Positions 45,783 through 56,298 of a stretch of DNA of 64,000 nucleotides are shown here, piece after piece (the stretch's first letter is position 1; the number at the start of each line of letters is the position of its first letter). The DNA comes from an uncultured Syntrophobacterales bacterium (GTDB lineage Bacteria; Desulfobacterota; Binatia; UBA9968; JAJDTQ01). The notes under the pieces were generated by a model. The model saw only the letters and a list, made by a program, of their open reading frames with translations, ran no database searches and was not told the origin of the DNA. The stretch is from positions 7,174-71,173 of the forward strand of contig CAZVUC010000092.1 in NCBI GenBank assembly GCA_964630405.1. The letters are read 5' to 3'. The position numbers and the translations under genes are program-made.

Positions 45783-46160
45783 TCAGCTCAACTCTAGACT
45801 CAGCGCTACTGAGAAAACATCCGTCAAGCTCCGCAGTCGTTCCAGTTCAGTGTTGATGGCCGCGATAACGTCCATTACAGAGGCCTCTGCGTCTATCGAC
45901 ACAGAGAGGTCAGGTACGGGATGTTCCAGACGGTTGATTCGTTCGACACCAATCCAGTAACGGCTAATTTCTTCCTGAATTCGGCGCAGGGTGTCGTCTT
46001 GGATCGTAAAGAACGAATCGGCGAACAATGCTTCATGGTCACGCTTCATAGCCCGTAGCGACTCTGGCGTATGGGCCTCCACATCGCTATCGATCTCCAC
46101 GTGATGTCGATGGCAAAGAACCATGAGGTTACGGAAGGCTCGTCGGTCCTGGTCCGACAT
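45783..46160 (-). CDS. hypothetical protein with HNH-like remnant motif
   Basis: 'NLMVLCHRHHVEID' near the N-terminus. TATAAT is 6 nt upstream of the ATG and there is no Shine-Dalgarno (possible leaderless transcript). Confidence 0.4.
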   Translation of the reverse strand: MSDQDRRAFRNLMVLCHRHHVEIDSDVEAHTPESLRAMKRDHEALFADSFFTIQDDTLRRIQEEISRYWIGVERINRLEHPVPDLSVSIDAEASVMDVIAAINTELERLRSLTDVFSVALSLELS

Positions 46161-46376
46161 TTCGTCATTATACCTAGGTCAACCGGGCGCGACCGCCTCA
46201 ATGTGACAAAGTTGCCCCACAAACAGATTCTTGTCGGTTACCAAGATATGACTACATCCAGGAAACGCGCATTGGTTGCCGGATTTGGCAAACAATGCCT
46301 TGATGGCAGCGAGCGTGGGTTGCAGTCTTGCCATTATTGGGTCGGTGCCAAATCGTGCTGTACCGATGCCGAGCAG

Positions 46377-46802
46377 TCAGGCGGCCGCCCAGGGATCCAA
46401 CAACACGACCTCCATCTCCACAAAGTCCCGTATGTTGCGCGTGACAAGCGTTAGCCCGTGCCGTCGTGCGACGGCGGCGATCTGAGCGTCCGCCATGGGT
46501 TTCGGGCGCCCGGATCTGTCGCCGTCGCCCATGATCTCACCCCATATCACCGCCGCTTCACGGTCGAAGGGGAGAATCCGCCCTTGAAACTGCGCCGCCA
46601 GATCGTAGTCGATCCAGCGTTGGAAGCGTTCCCTTCTCACGCGATCCCTCATGCGCCGGACACCACGCACCAGTTCGCCAAGACTGATGGATGAAAGGAA
46701 CAGGTCGCTGGCTATCTGGCGGCTGATCCAATCGACCACCCGATGTTCGGGTCGTGGCTTGAGGGTCTCGCTGACCACGTTGGTGTCGATCAGGTACGCC
46801 AT
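46377..46802 (-). CDS. vapC: PIN-domain toxin VapC
   Basis: 'MAYLIDTNVVSE' PIN motif, 'LVTRNIRDF'. Start overlaps the vapB stop. Confidence 0.65.
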   Translation of the reverse strand: MAYLIDTNVVSETLKPRPEHRVVDWISRQIASDLFLSSISLGELVRGVRRMRDRVRRERFQRWIDYDLAAQFQGRILPFDREAAVIWGEIMGDGDRSGRPKPMADAQIAAVARRHGLTLVTRNIRDFVEMEVVLLDPWAAA

Positions 46803-47122
46803 CACTCGAGATCGATGGCGCGGCCCGTGGTTCGATCACGCTCGACCGTCAGATCCTCACCCACTAGCGGCGAGGCGCGCAGAAAAGCCACAAGCTCGGT
46901 GCCGGTGCGCACGGGTTCGATGGCCGCCATGGACGCGAACGCGTCGCGTACCCTCGTGGCCTCGGCACCGCCTGCGCGAAGGGCGCTGGCCACGGCCTTT
47001 ACGAGCCCGGAGTCGTTGGCGGGCACGGTCACCTCAACTCGTCGCAACCCCTCGGCGGTCGTCCGTACGCGGTGCCGGATGACACGGGATTTCGATCCTT
47101 CTTGTTCCGGTTGTCTGGCCAT
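46802..47122 (-). CDS. vapB: antitoxin VapB-like protein
   Basis: 106-aa ORF immediately upstream of and overlapping vapC. Confidence 0.5.
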   Translation of the reverse strand: MARQPEQEGSKSRVIRHRVRTTAEGLRRVEVTVPANDSGLVKAVASALRAGGAEATRVRDAFASMAAIEPVRTGTELVAFLRASPLVGEDLTVERDRTTGRAIDLE

Positions 47123-47203
47123 TGAACCTCACTCGGAAACGTTTCCGGATTTTATCCGGGCCGTGGATTCAGGTCAAGCACCGAATCCCCATCCATCGGA
47201 TTG

Positions 47204-47869
47204 TTACGGAATGGGCGGGTTCACCAGCGCGCTCTCACCGTCCGCGTCGCCATCTTCCCCCGTCACCCTCACCTTCCGGCCCTCGATCACGAGCCGGCCC
47301 TCGCTGTAGAGCTGGATGGCGCGGGGGTAGATGCGGTGCTCCTGGACCAGGATCCGTTGCGCCAGCGTCTCTTCGGTATCGTCGGGCAGGACCGGGACCA
47401 CGGCCTGGATGATGACGGGGCCTTCGTCGCAGCCTTCCGTGACGAAGTGCACGGTGCAGCCGGAGAACTTGACGCCGTACTCGCAAGCCTGTTTCTGGCC
47501 GTGGAGGCCGGCGAAGGAAGGCGACAGCGCGGGATGGATGTTCATGATGCAGTCGGGGAAGCTCCGGATGAAGTACGGCGACAGCAGCCTCATGAAGCCG
47601 GCCAGCACCACGAGCTCCACGCCTTGCTCCTTGAGGTGCTCCACCACGACCTGGTCGTAGGCCTCCCGCGACGGGTGGCCGCGGTGGTCGATGACGGTGG
47701 CGGGGATGCCGTGGTTGCGGGCGCGGGTGAGGCCGTAGGCGTTCTCGCGGTTGCTGAGGACGGTGCGGATCTCGGCGTCGAGCCGATCCTGCTCGATGGC
47801 GTCGATGATCGCCTGGAGGTTGGTGCCGCCTCCGGAGAGGAGCACGCCGATGGGGACCTTGCGGCTCAT
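47204..47869 (-). CDS. purN: phosphoribosylglycinamide formyltransferase
   Basis: 'IGVLLSGGGTNLQAIIDA' and 'HPALSPSFAG' PurN signatures. Confidence 0.8.
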   Translation of the reverse strand: MSRKVPIGVLLSGGGTNLQAIIDAIEQDRLDAEIRTVLSNRENAYGLTRARNHGIPATVIDHRGHPSREAYDQVVVEHLKEQGVELVVLAGFMRLLSPYFIRSFPDCIMNIHPALSPSFAGLHGQKQACEYGVKFSGCTVHFVTEGCDEGPVIIQAVVPVLPDDTEETLAQRILVQEHRIYPRAIQLYSEGRLVIEGRKVRVTGEDGDADGESALVNPPIP

Positions 47870-47877
47870 GAGAAACC

Positions 47878-48912
47878 CTACTTGATGAACGAGACCCCGC
47901 GGCGGCCCTTGCGGACCTCGCCGATGACGGCGTAGGGCTCACGGCGGCGGCGCAGCGCGCGCTCGACTCCGGGTGCGTCCGCCGCGCCCACCACCAGGGC
48001 CATGCCGATGCCGTTGTTGAAGGTGCGGTCCATCTCCGCCTGGGGCACGCCTCCCAGCCGCGCCACGAGATCGAATATCGGCGGCACCGACCAGCTTCCC
48101 CGCCGGATCCACGCGCGCAGCCCCGGCGGCAGCGCCCGCGGCAGGTTCTCGGCGATGCCGCCGCCGGTTACGTGGGCCATGCCCTTGATCCGGTGCCGGG
48201 CGGTCAGGGCGCGGATCAGGCCGGCATAGATCCGGGTGGGTTTCAGCAACTCGTCGGCCAGGGAATGCCCCAGCTCCGCCACCCGGGACTTCAACCGGAG
48301 CTTGGCCGTTTCCAGCAGGACCTTCCGCGCCAGCGAATAGCCGTTGCTGTGGAGTCCGCTGGAGGGCAAGGCGATGATCACGTCGCCGGCGCGCACCGCG
48401 CGGGGATCGGGTATGCGGTCCTTCTCCACGATGCCGACGCAGAACCCCGCCAGATCGTACTCCCCATCCCGATACAAGGACGGCATCTCCGCGGTTTCTC
48501 CGCCCAGGAGCGCGCACCCCGCCAGGCGGCAGCCTTCCGCCACCCCGCCCACGACCGCCTTGAAGGTCGCGGCCTCCAGCTTGCCGGTAGCGAAGTAGTC
48601 GAGGAAGAACAGCGGCTGCGCGGCCTGGGTGATGATGTCGTTGACGCTCATGGCCACCAGGTCGATGCCCACGGTGTCGTGGCGGCCGGCCAGGAAGGCG
48701 ATCTTGAGCTTGGTGCCGACGCCGTCGGTGGACGATACCAGCACCGGCCGCCGGCCGCGGATGCGCGTGAGGTCGAAGAGTCCGCCGAACCCGCCGATGC
48801 CACCCATGAGGCCGGGGCGGGCGGTCTTGCGGGCCATGGACGCCACCGAGCGGACCAGCCGGTTGGCCGCGTCCACGTCCACGCCGGCGTCCTTGTACGT
48901 GAGCTCTGCCAT
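47878..48912 (-). CDS. purM: phosphoribosylformylglycinamidine cyclo-ligase (AIR synthetase)
   Basis: 'MAELTYKDAGVDVDAANRLV' and 'GIGGFGGLF' PurM signatures. Confidence 0.85.
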   Translation of the reverse strand: MAELTYKDAGVDVDAANRLVRSVASMARKTARPGLMGGIGGFGGLFDLTRIRGRRPVLVSSTDGVGTKLKIAFLAGRHDTVGIDLVAMSVNDIITQAAQPLFFLDYFATGKLEAATFKAVVGGVAEGCRLAGCALLGGETAEMPSLYRDGEYDLAGFCVGIVEKDRIPDPRAVRAGDVIIALPSSGLHSNGYSLARKVLLETAKLRLKSRVAELGHSLADELLKPTRIYAGLIRALTARHRIKGMAHVTGGGIAENLPRALPPGLRAWIRRGSWSVPPIFDLVARLGGVPQAEMDRTFNNGIGMALVVGAADAPGVERALRRRREPYAVIGEVRKGRRGVSFIK

Positions 48913-48935
48913 GAATGGTCGTCGGGGACGTCGCG

Positions 48936-49640
48936 CTATTGTTGCCCCTGGAGCTGCGCCTGCAGCATCTCCAGGGCGCGCCGCGCCGCTTCCTGTTCGG
49001 ACTGCTTTTTGCTCCGGCCCTCCCCCTGGCCCACCAGATGGCCGTCCACCCGGATCTCGGTCTCGAAGTACTTGTCGTGGCTCGGGCCTGATTCCCGCAC
49101 CAGCCGGTAGCTGGGCGGGACGCGGTAGAGGCGCTGGGTCACCTCCTGGAGACGGGTCTTGTAGTCGTCGAGCCCCAGCGCGCCGTCATCCAGGTCCGCG
49201 GCGAAATGGTTCTCCACCACGGGTTTCACCGTTTCGTAACCGGCCTCCCAGTAGATGCCGCCCAGCAGCGCCTCCAGCGACGCCGCCAGGATGGACTCCT
49301 TGTGCCGGCCGCCGGTGCGCTCCTCGCCCTTCCCCACGCGGAGCACCGCGCCCACCCGCAGCAGGCGCGCCTTTTCCGCCAGCACCCGCCGGTTCACCAG
49401 CGACGCGCGCATGCGCGACAGGTCTCCCTCGCTCCGTTCCGGGAACCGGCGCATGAGCAGGTCGCTGATGGCGAGACCCAGCACCGCGTCGCCCAGGAAC
49501 TCCAGGGACTCGTTGTGGGCGTCCATGCCGCCGCCGCGGGAGACATGGGTCAGGCAGCGCTCCAGCAGCGCCGGGTCCCGGAAGCGGTAGCCGAGAGCGC
49601 TCTGGAGTTGCTCCAGCTCGGAGGAGTCCGCCGTCAGCAT
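48936..49640 (-). CDS. rnc: ribonuclease III
   Basis: 'ERLEFLGDAVL' RNase III signature and C-terminal dsRBD. Start chosen at the internal Met to avoid overlap with mtaB. Confidence 0.8.
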   Translation of the reverse strand: MLTADSSELEQLQSALGYRFRDPALLERCLTHVSRGGGMDAHNESLEFLGDAVLGLAISDLLMRRFPERSEGDLSRMRASLVNRRVLAEKARLLRVGAVLRVGKGEERTGGRHKESILAASLEALLGGIYWEAGYETVKPVVENHFAADLDDGALGLDDYKTRLQEVTQRLYRVPPSYRLVRESGPSHDKYFETEIRVDGHLVGQGEGRSKKQSEQEAARRALEMLQAQLQGQQ

Positions 49641-50938
49641 TCGACTTCCCCCCACAGGCGTCCGCGGGTCCACTCCCGAAGCCGGACGCGGACTTCGCGG
49701 TGAACCAGGTCGGGACCGCCGGCGAAAAGCACCGGCAGGTAGTTGCGGCTGTATCCCTTGAGTCCGCCCGGCTCCCCCGTCACCGGCTCCTCCACCAGAA
49801 CGGACACCCGGCGTCCCACCTGGCGCCGGTAGAACTCGTGCTTCTTCCGGGTGCCGAGCTCACGCGCCCGGCGCGAACGTTCCTTCTTCTCGGCCGGCGG
49901 CACGTGGTCGGACATGGCCGCAGCCGGAGTGCCCCGGCGGGCGGAGTAAGGGAACACGTGGAAGTAGGTGAGCGGAAGGTCCGCGAGGAAATCCAGCGAC
50001 GCCCCGAACGCCTCCTCGGTCTCTCCCGGAAAACCCACGATGACGTCCGTCCCCAAGGCGGCCCGGGGCAGCTTCCCCCGGGCACGCGCCATCAAGCGGG
50101 CGAAAAAGGCGGTGTCGTAGTTGCGGCGCATCTTCTTGAGGATGCCGTCCTCGCCGGCCTGGACACACACGTGCAGGTGCGGGCAGATCACCTCCGAGTC
50201 GGCCATCACCGCCAGCAGCTCGTCGGTGACCTCGCGAGGGTCGAGGGAGCTGAGACGCAGGCGGCGGATCAACCCGCTGCCAGCGATCCGCCGCACCAAC
50301 TCGCTCAGGGAGACCCGGGGCGCCAGATCGTAGCCGTACCCGCCGAGATGAATGCCGGTCAGGACGATCTCGGAATAGCCCGCCTCCGCGAGCCCGCGCA
50401 CCTGTTCGAGGACCCGTTCCGGCGGCACGCTGCGGCTGCGTCCCCGGGCGGTGGGGATGATGCAGTAGCTGCAGGCGAAGTTGCACCCTTCCTGCACCTT
50501 GAGAAACGCCCGGGTGCGGCCGAGGAAGCGCCGCGCCCCGAGCACGCCCACGTCGCGCTCGTCCCGCGGATTGCCCACCGAGACCTCCGGCCCGGCCCCG
50601 GACTCGCCGCCGGCGACGTAACGCACCAGCTCATCCATGCGGTTGAGGCCCACCACGAAATCGACGCCCGGCAGCCGGGAGACTTCCTCGGGGCTCACCT
50701 GCGCGTAGCAGCCGGTGACCACCACCCGCGACGCCGGGCTCCGCCGCCTGGCCTTGCGCACGAGCTGACGGGCCTCCCAGTCCGCCCGGTCCGTCACCGT
50801 GCAGGTATTGACGACGTACACGTCGGCGGGCTCCTCGAAGGGAACGAAGGAGCACGACTCCCGGGCCAGCCGTTCCTGGATCACGGCCGAGTCATACTGG
50901 TTGATCTTGCAGCCCAGTGTCTTGATGGCGACTCGCAT
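49634..50938 (-). CDS. radical-SAM methylthiotransferase (MiaB/MtaB/RimO family; MtaB-like)
   Basis: 'MRVAIKTLGCKINQYDS' N-terminus. 'CNFACSYC' radical-SAM cluster motif. C-terminal TRAM-like region. Confidence 0.7.
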   Translation of the reverse strand: MRVAIKTLGCKINQYDSAVIQERLARESCSFVPFEEPADVYVVNTCTVTDRADWEARQLVRKARRRSPASRVVVTGCYAQVSPEEVSRLPGVDFVVGLNRMDELVRYVAGGESGAGPEVSVGNPRDERDVGVLGARRFLGRTRAFLKVQEGCNFACSYCIIPTARGRSRSVPPERVLEQVRGLAEAGYSEIVLTGIHLGGYGYDLAPRVSLSELVRRIAGSGLIRRLRLSSLDPREVTDELLAVMADSEVICPHLHVCVQAGEDGILKKMRRNYDTAFFARLMARARGKLPRAALGTDVIVGFPGETEEAFGASLDFLADLPLTYFHVFPYSARRGTPAAAMSDHVPPAEKKERSRRARELGTRKKHEFYRRQVGRRVSVLVEEPVTGEPGGLKGYSRNYLPVLFAGGPDLVHREVRVRLREWTRGRLWGEVEC

Positions 50939-50960
50939 GGTCTTCCGCGGGCTCCCGGGG

Positions 50961-52022
50961 TCAGGACAACTTGTCGATCCAGCCGCCCCCGAGCACCTGA
51001 TCGTCACGATAGAAGACCGCCGCCTGGCCCGGGGTCACGGACGGCAGCGGCTCGTCGGGCCGGACCTCGACGCCATGGCCGCCCAGGGGCCGCAGCGTAC
51101 ACGGAACCGGCTTCGAGCGGTAACGTATCTGCACCTCGGCAGCCGTCTCTCCGTCCGGCGGCACCCCCAGCCAGTTCAGGCGGCCGGCGGTAAAGGACGG
51201 GGTGGCCAGCGCTTCCCGCGGCCCCACCACCACGCGTCTTTGCCCGGCGTCGATGCGGAGCACGTACAACGGCTCCGGCGCGGCGAGGCCGAGCCCCCTT
51301 CTCTGTCCCACGGTGAACCCGTGCACCCCGTCGTGACGCCCCAGGACGTTCCCGCCGCTGTCCACGATCTCGCCGGAGCCGAGCTGGTCCGGCCGGGCGA
51401 AGGACTCCACCACCGCGCGGTGGTCGCCGAGGCAGATGTCCTGGCTCTCCAGCCGCTCGGCCACCGGGAGGCCCATCTCCCGGGCCTTGGCGCGCACCGC
51501 CTCCTTGTGAAGCTCACCCAGGGGAAACTCGGTGTGATCGAGCTGGCGCGGCGAAAGCGCGAACAGAAAGTACGACTGGTCCTTGTTGCGGTCCGACCCG
51601 CGCAACAGCGCGGCCCCGCCGGACCGCCGGCTGATGCGGGCGTAGTGGCCCGTGGCCACGCGGGAAATGCCCTTGGCCCGGGCCCACTCCAGCAGCTTCT
51701 CGATCTTGAACTGGCGATTGCAGGCGATGCAGGGATTGGGCGTGGCGCCGTCCAGGTAGCTCCGGGCGAAGGGCGCCACCACCACCTTGCGGAAAGCCGT
51801 CCGCTGGTCCAGCACCGTGTGCGGGATGCCCAGCAGCGCCGCCACCGCCTCCGCTCCCCGGTGGTCCGAGCAATTGCGCGGACCCAGGTTCCGGCCCTCC
51901 CAAAGGCGCAGCGACACCCCCACCACCTGGTACCCCTGCTCCACCAGGAGGCCGGCGGCCACGGAGCTGTCCACGCCTCCGCTCATGGCAACCGCCACCT
52001 TTCTGTCCGCTGATGCCTTCAC
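50961..52022 (-). CDS. mnmA: tRNA 2-thiouridine(34) synthase
   Basis: PP-loop 'VAVAMSGGVDSSVAA' and 'CIACN' motifs. Confidence 0.8.
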   Translation of the reverse strand: MKASADRKVAVAMSGGVDSSVAAGLLVEQGYQVVGVSLRLWEGRNLGPRNCSDHRGAEAVAALLGIPHTVLDQRTAFRKVVVAPFARSYLDGATPNPCIACNRQFKIEKLLEWARAKGISRVATGHYARISRRSGGAALLRGSDRNKDQSYFLFALSPRQLDHTEFPLGELHKEAVRAKAREMGLPVAERLESQDICLGDHRAVVESFARPDQLGSGEIVDSGGNVLGRHDGVHGFTVGQRRGLGLAAPEPLYVLRIDAGQRRVVVGPREALATPSFTAGRLNWLGVPPDGETAAEVQIRYRSKPVPCTLRPLGGHGVEVRPDEPLPSVTPGQAAVFYRDDQVLGGGWIDKLS

Positions 52023-52037
52023 CGTGCTTTGTCCGTG

Positions 52038-52796
52038 TCAGTGCTTCCCCCGCCCCACCCCTCCTGGATTCCCGCCCCGGATCGGGTCCGGGGCAGGCTT
52101 TTCGCGGGAATGACGGAGAAGTTGCCGCGCCTCCAGGTCCTCCTGCTTGGCATCGAGTTCGTTGACCCGTTTCTCGAGCCGTTGGATGTATTCGGCCAGG
52201 TTGTTGAGGGACTTGGCCATGGGATCGGGCAGCCGGTCGTGGTCCAGGGCGATGGGCTGCTCCATGGGATCCCGGTGCACGCCGTCCCCTTCCACCACCT
52301 TGCCGGGCACGCCCACCACCGTGGAGTTGGCCGGCACGTCCTTGACCACCACCGACCCGGAGCCGATCTTGCTGTTCCGTCCCACCACCACCGGGCCCAG
52401 CACGGTGGCGCCGGCGCCGATGACGACGAAGTCCTCCACCGTAGGGTGGCGCTTCTCCCTGCGCAGGCTGATGCCGCCGAGGGTCACGCCCTGGAACAGG
52501 GTCACGTCATCGCCGATCTCCGTGGTCTCGCCGATGACCACTCCCATGCCGTGATCGATGAAGAACCGGCGGCCCACGGTGGCGCCCGGATGGATCTCGA
52601 CGCCGGTGAGGAAGCGGCTCAGGTGACTGACGAAACGTCCGAGGTTCTTCCAGCCGCGGCGCCACAGCCCGTGAGCGAAGCGATGGAGCAGCAGCGCGTG
52701 CACCCCCGGATAGCTGACCAGGACCTCGAACAGGTTCCGCGCGGCGGGGTCCCGCTCGAACGGCACCTGAACGTCCTCTTTCAGGATACTCCACAT
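52038..52796 (-). CDS. cysE: serine O-acetyltransferase
   Basis: Hexapeptide-repeat region and '[11 protein letters not shown]' motif. Start at the internal Met (MWSILKEDV). The C-terminal tail is longer than a typical CysE. Confidence 0.65.
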   Translation of the reverse strand: MWSILKEDVQVPFERDPAARNLFEVLVSYPGVHALLLHRFAHGLWRRGWKNLGRFVSHLSRFLTGVEIHPGATVGRRFFIDHGMGVVIGETTEIGDDVTLFQGVTLGGISLRREKRHPTVEDFVVIGAGATVLGPVVVGRNSKIGSGSVVVKDVPANSTVVGVPGKVVEGDGVHRDPMEQPIALDHDRLPDPMAKSLNNLAEYIQRLEKRVNELDAKQEDLEARQLLRHSREKPAPDPIRGGNPGGVGRGKH

Positions 52797-52849
52797 GAGC
52801 GGTGAGGCTTTCGGACGGCCTCGCGGCAGGGGCTTGCCGGAGCCTCCGG

Positions 52850-54481
52850 TCAGGACGCGGGCGCCGCGGCGGCCCGGGCTTTCCCGGCGTGGCTCTTCCC
52901 CGCGTGGCCCTTCCTCTTCTTGTCCTTGTAGAGCTTGTAGTCGATGCTGTCCACGAGCGCCTGCCAGCTCGCCTCTATGACGTTCTGGGACACCCCCACC
53001 GTACCCCACTGGGTCTGGCCGTCACCCGACTCGATGAGCACCCGGACCACGGCGCCCGTGCCCTCCCCGGACGACAGCACCCGGACCTTGTAGTCCAGAA
53101 GCTCCACCTCCTCCAGGTTCGGGAAGAAACCGGTGAGCGCCTTGCGCAGGGCCTGGTCCAGCGCGTGGACCGGACCGTTGCCGAGGGCCGCGGCGTGTTC
53201 CATCACGCCGTTCACCTCCACCTTCACGGTGGCCTCGGAAAGCGGCGGCTCGTTCTCCACCCGCTTCTCGTCGATGACCCGGAACCCGTCGAGCCGGAAG
53301 TTGCGCTTCTTCCGCCCCAGCGCCTCCTGGATCAACAGCTCGAAGGACGCCTCCGCCGCCTCGAACTCGTAGCCCCGGCTCTCCATCTCCTTGATGCGGT
53401 TGAGGATCTGGTGCACGGCCTGGTCCTGGCCGTTCAGGTCGATGTCGTACTCGCGGGCCTTGTAGACGATGTTGCTGCGGCCGGAGAGGTCCGACACCAG
53501 CACGCGCTGGCGGCTGCCCACCAGCTCCGGCTCGATGTGCTCGTAGGTCTCGCGGTTCTTGATGATGCCCGAAACGTGCAGCCCGCCCTTGTGCGCGAAG
53601 GCGCTCTCGCCCACGTAGGCCTGCCGCTTGCTCGGCACGACGTTGGCCAGTTCGTAAACCAGATGCGAGATCTCCCGCAGCCGGCGCAACTGCGACGCCC
53701 TGACGCACTTGTATCCCTGCTTCAACTGGAGGTTGGGCAGCACCGAGCACAGGTTCAGGTTGCCGCAACGCTCGCCGAAGCCGTTGATGGTGCCCTGGAC
53801 CTGCCGGACGCCGTTTTCCACCGCTACCATGGTGTTGGCCACCGCCAGCTCGCAGTCGTTGTGGCAATGGATCCCCAGTGGCGTCTTGACCGTTTCCTTG
53901 ACCCGGGCCACCGCCGCGCCGATGTCGCCCGGCATGTTGCCGCCGTTGGTGTCGCACAGGACGATCCAGTCGGCGCCGCCCTCCGCGGCCGCCCGGAGAC
54001 ACTCCAGCGCGAACTCCGGATTGCTGCGGTAGCCGTCGAAGAAGTGCTCGGCGTCGAACACCACCTCGTCGACGCGTTTCTTCATGTACGAGATGGAATC
54101 GGCGATGACCTCCAGGTTGGCCTTCTTGCTGATGCGCAGATCGTCTCGCACGTGGAGGTCCCAGGTCTTGCCCACCAGCGTCACCACCGGGGTCTTGGCC
54201 GCCAGCAGCAGCTTCAGGCTGGCGTCCTGGGCCGGCTTGACCGAAGGCCTCCGGGTGGTGCCGAAGGACGCCACCCGGGTCTTCCTGAGATTCAGCTTTG
54301 CGACTTCCTTGAAAAACTCGGCGTCGCGGGGGTTGGATCCGGGATAACCGCCTTCAATGTAGTGAATGCCCAGCTCGGCCAGGCTCTCGGCGACTCGCAG
54401 CTTGTCCTTCAGGCTGAAAGAAACGTCCTCGCTCTGGCACCCGTCCCGCAAGGTCGTATCGTACAACAACAGATCACTCAT
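52850..54481 (-). CDS. cimA: citramalate synthase / 2-isopropylmalate synthase family
   Basis: '[13 protein letters not shown]' and '[13 protein letters not shown]' DRE-TIM metallolyase motifs. About 540 aa with a LeuA-dimer-like C-terminus. Confidence 0.7.
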   Translation of the reverse strand: MSDLLLYDTTLRDGCQSEDVSFSLKDKLRVAESLAELGIHYIEGGYPGSNPRDAEFFKEVAKLNLRKTRVASFGTTRRPSVKPAQDASLKLLLAAKTPVVTLVGKTWDLHVRDDLRISKKANLEVIADSISYMKKRVDEVVFDAEHFFDGYRSNPEFALECLRAAAEGGADWIVLCDTNGGNMPGDIGAAVARVKETVKTPLGIHCHNDCELAVANTMVAVENGVRQVQGTINGFGERCGNLNLCSVLPNLQLKQGYKCVRASQLRRLREISHLVYELANVVPSKRQAYVGESAFAHKGGLHVSGIIKNRETYEHIEPELVGSRQRVLVSDLSGRSNIVYKAREYDIDLNGQDQAVHQILNRIKEMESRGYEFEAAEASFELLIQEALGRKKRNFRLDGFRVIDEKRVENEPPLSEATVKVEVNGVMEHAAALGNGPVHALDQALRKALTGFFPNLEEVELLDYKVRVLSSGEGTGAVVRVLIESGDGQTQWGTVGVSQNVIEASWQALVDSIDYKLYKDKKRKGHAGKSHAGKARAAAAPAS

Positions 54482-54485
54482 GCCC

Positions 54486-55700
54486 TCACCTGCCTTCGAT
54501 CAATGAAGCGTGCAGCGAATCCACCGCCCTGTGGCTGTCCTTCTCATCCACCACCACCGACACCTTGATCTCGGAGGTCGAGATCATCTCGATGTTGATC
54601 GACTGATCCGCCAGGGCCTGAAACATTTTGGCCGCCACGCCGGCGTGCGTTCTCACGCCGACGCCCACCACCGACACCTTGGCGATGTGGGTATCGGAGG
54701 TCACTCCCTTAGCTTGGATCAAGGGCGCGGTTTTTTCAATCAATTCCATGGCTTTTCGGTGGTCCTTCTTGGGCACCGTGAAGGTGACGTCGGTGGTGCC
54801 GTCCTCGCCGGCGTTCTGGATGATCATGTCCACCACGATGTTGGCCTCCGCGATGGGGCCGAAGATCTGGGCGGCCAGCCCGGCGCGGTCCGGCACGCTC
54901 CGGATGGTGATCTTGGCTTCGTCGTTGTCGCAGGTCACTGCCGAAACCAGAACCGAATCCATTCGCTCATCCTCCTCGACCAGCCAGGTGCCGTCGACGT
55001 CACTGAAGCTCGAGCGCAGGTGCACCCTGACGCCGAACCGCTTCGCGGTCTCCACCGAGCGGATCTGCAGCACCCGGGCTCCCAGACTGGCCATCTCAAG
55101 CATTTCGTCGTAAGTGACCCGATCCAGCTTCCGCGCCCTGGAACACACGAAGGGATCGGCCGTGTAGATCCCGTCCACGTCCGTATAGATCTCGCACACC
55201 GAGGCGCCGAGGGCGGCGGCCATGGCCACCGCGCTGGTGTCCGATCCGCCGCGCCCCAGGGTGGTGATGTTGTCGGCCTCGTCGACTCCCTGGAAGCCCG
55301 CCACCACCACCACTTCGTTGCGCTTCAGCGACTCCAGCACGCGGGTGGAGTCGATGCTCTTGATCCGCGCGCGGCCGTGCACGCTGTCGGTGGCGATGCG
55401 CACCTGGTGGCCGAGAAACGAGCGCGCCGATTGCCCGAGGTCCTTGAGCGCGAGCGCCAGCAGGGCGCAGGAAACCTGCTCCCCGGACGCCAGCAGCACG
55501 TCGATCTCCCGGTCGTCCACGTGCGACGACACCTGGTTGGCCAGGTTCAGGAGCCGGTTGGTCTCGCCCGACATGGCCGACACCACCACCACCACGTCGT
55601 TCCCCTGCCCGCGCGCGGCCGCCACGCGCTGGGCGACGTTCCGGATGCGCTCCACCATGCCCACGGAGGTGCCGCCGTATTTCTGTACGATCAATGCCAT
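54486..55700 (-). CDS. lysC: aspartate kinase
   Basis: 'MALIVQKYGGTSVG' start. C-terminal ACT domains. Confidence 0.8.
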   Translation of the reverse strand: MALIVQKYGGTSVGMVERIRNVAQRVAAARGQGNDVVVVVSAMSGETNRLLNLANQVSSHVDDREIDVLLASGEQVSCALLALALKDLGQSARSFLGHQVRIATDSVHGRARIKSIDSTRVLESLKRNEVVVVAGFQGVDEADNITTLGRGGSDTSAVAMAAALGASVCEIYTDVDGIYTADPFVCSRARKLDRVTYDEMLEMASLGARVLQIRSVETAKRFGVRVHLRSSFSDVDGTWLVEEDERMDSVLVSAVTCDNDEAKITIRSVPDRAGLAAQIFGPIAEANIVVDMIIQNAGEDGTTDVTFTVPKKDHRKAMELIEKTAPLIQAKGVTSDTHIAKVSVVGVGVRTHAGVAAKMFQALADQSINIEMISTSEIKVSVVVDEKDSHRAVDSLHASLIEGR

Positions 55701-55789
55701 CTATCGTGCTTCATTCATTGTCCACGGGCGGAGACTTCGCGCGACGACGGGTCACGGGCCCGGTCGAAACTCGCCCCTACGGCGGCCTC

Positions 55790-56298
55790 TCACGGACACC
55801 CGGCCCCGTCCGCTTCCTTCAGCGCGGCGACCATCTCCTCGTAGCGCCGCCCGTGGCCCGCGAAGCGCAATGCTCGGCGTTCCTCGTCCACGTAGCGAAA
55901 GTGGACGCCCATGAACTCCTGGGCCCCGGCCGCGTCCAGCCGCTCGAACCACTCCACCACGCAGACGCTGCCGGAGGCGAAGTACTCCTCGAGGTGCAGG
56001 TCCTCCATCTCCGATCCGGGGGCCACGCGAAAGAGGTCCACGTGGACCACCGGCAGCCGGCCCTCGTATTCGTTGATGAGCGTGAAGGTGGGGCTCCGGA
56101 CCCAACTGTTCCCACCCACCTCGAGCCCTTCGGCCAACCCGTGCACGAAGCAGGTCTTGCCGCTCCCCAGGTCGCCCGAGAGCCCCAGGATCTCCCCGCC
56201 CCGGAGCAGTCCCGCCAGCGCCCGCCCGAGCGCCCGGGTCTCGTCCGGCGAGCCGGTGGTGATGTGGTACTCCTTGGCGTTCAAAACCCTATCATCTC
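55790..56298 (-). CDS. tsaE: tRNA threonylcarbamoyladenosine biosynthesis ATPase TsaE
   Basis: 'LSGDLGSGKTCFVHG' P-loop. Start uncertain: TTG or GTG overlapping the nnr stop. Confidence 0.55.
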
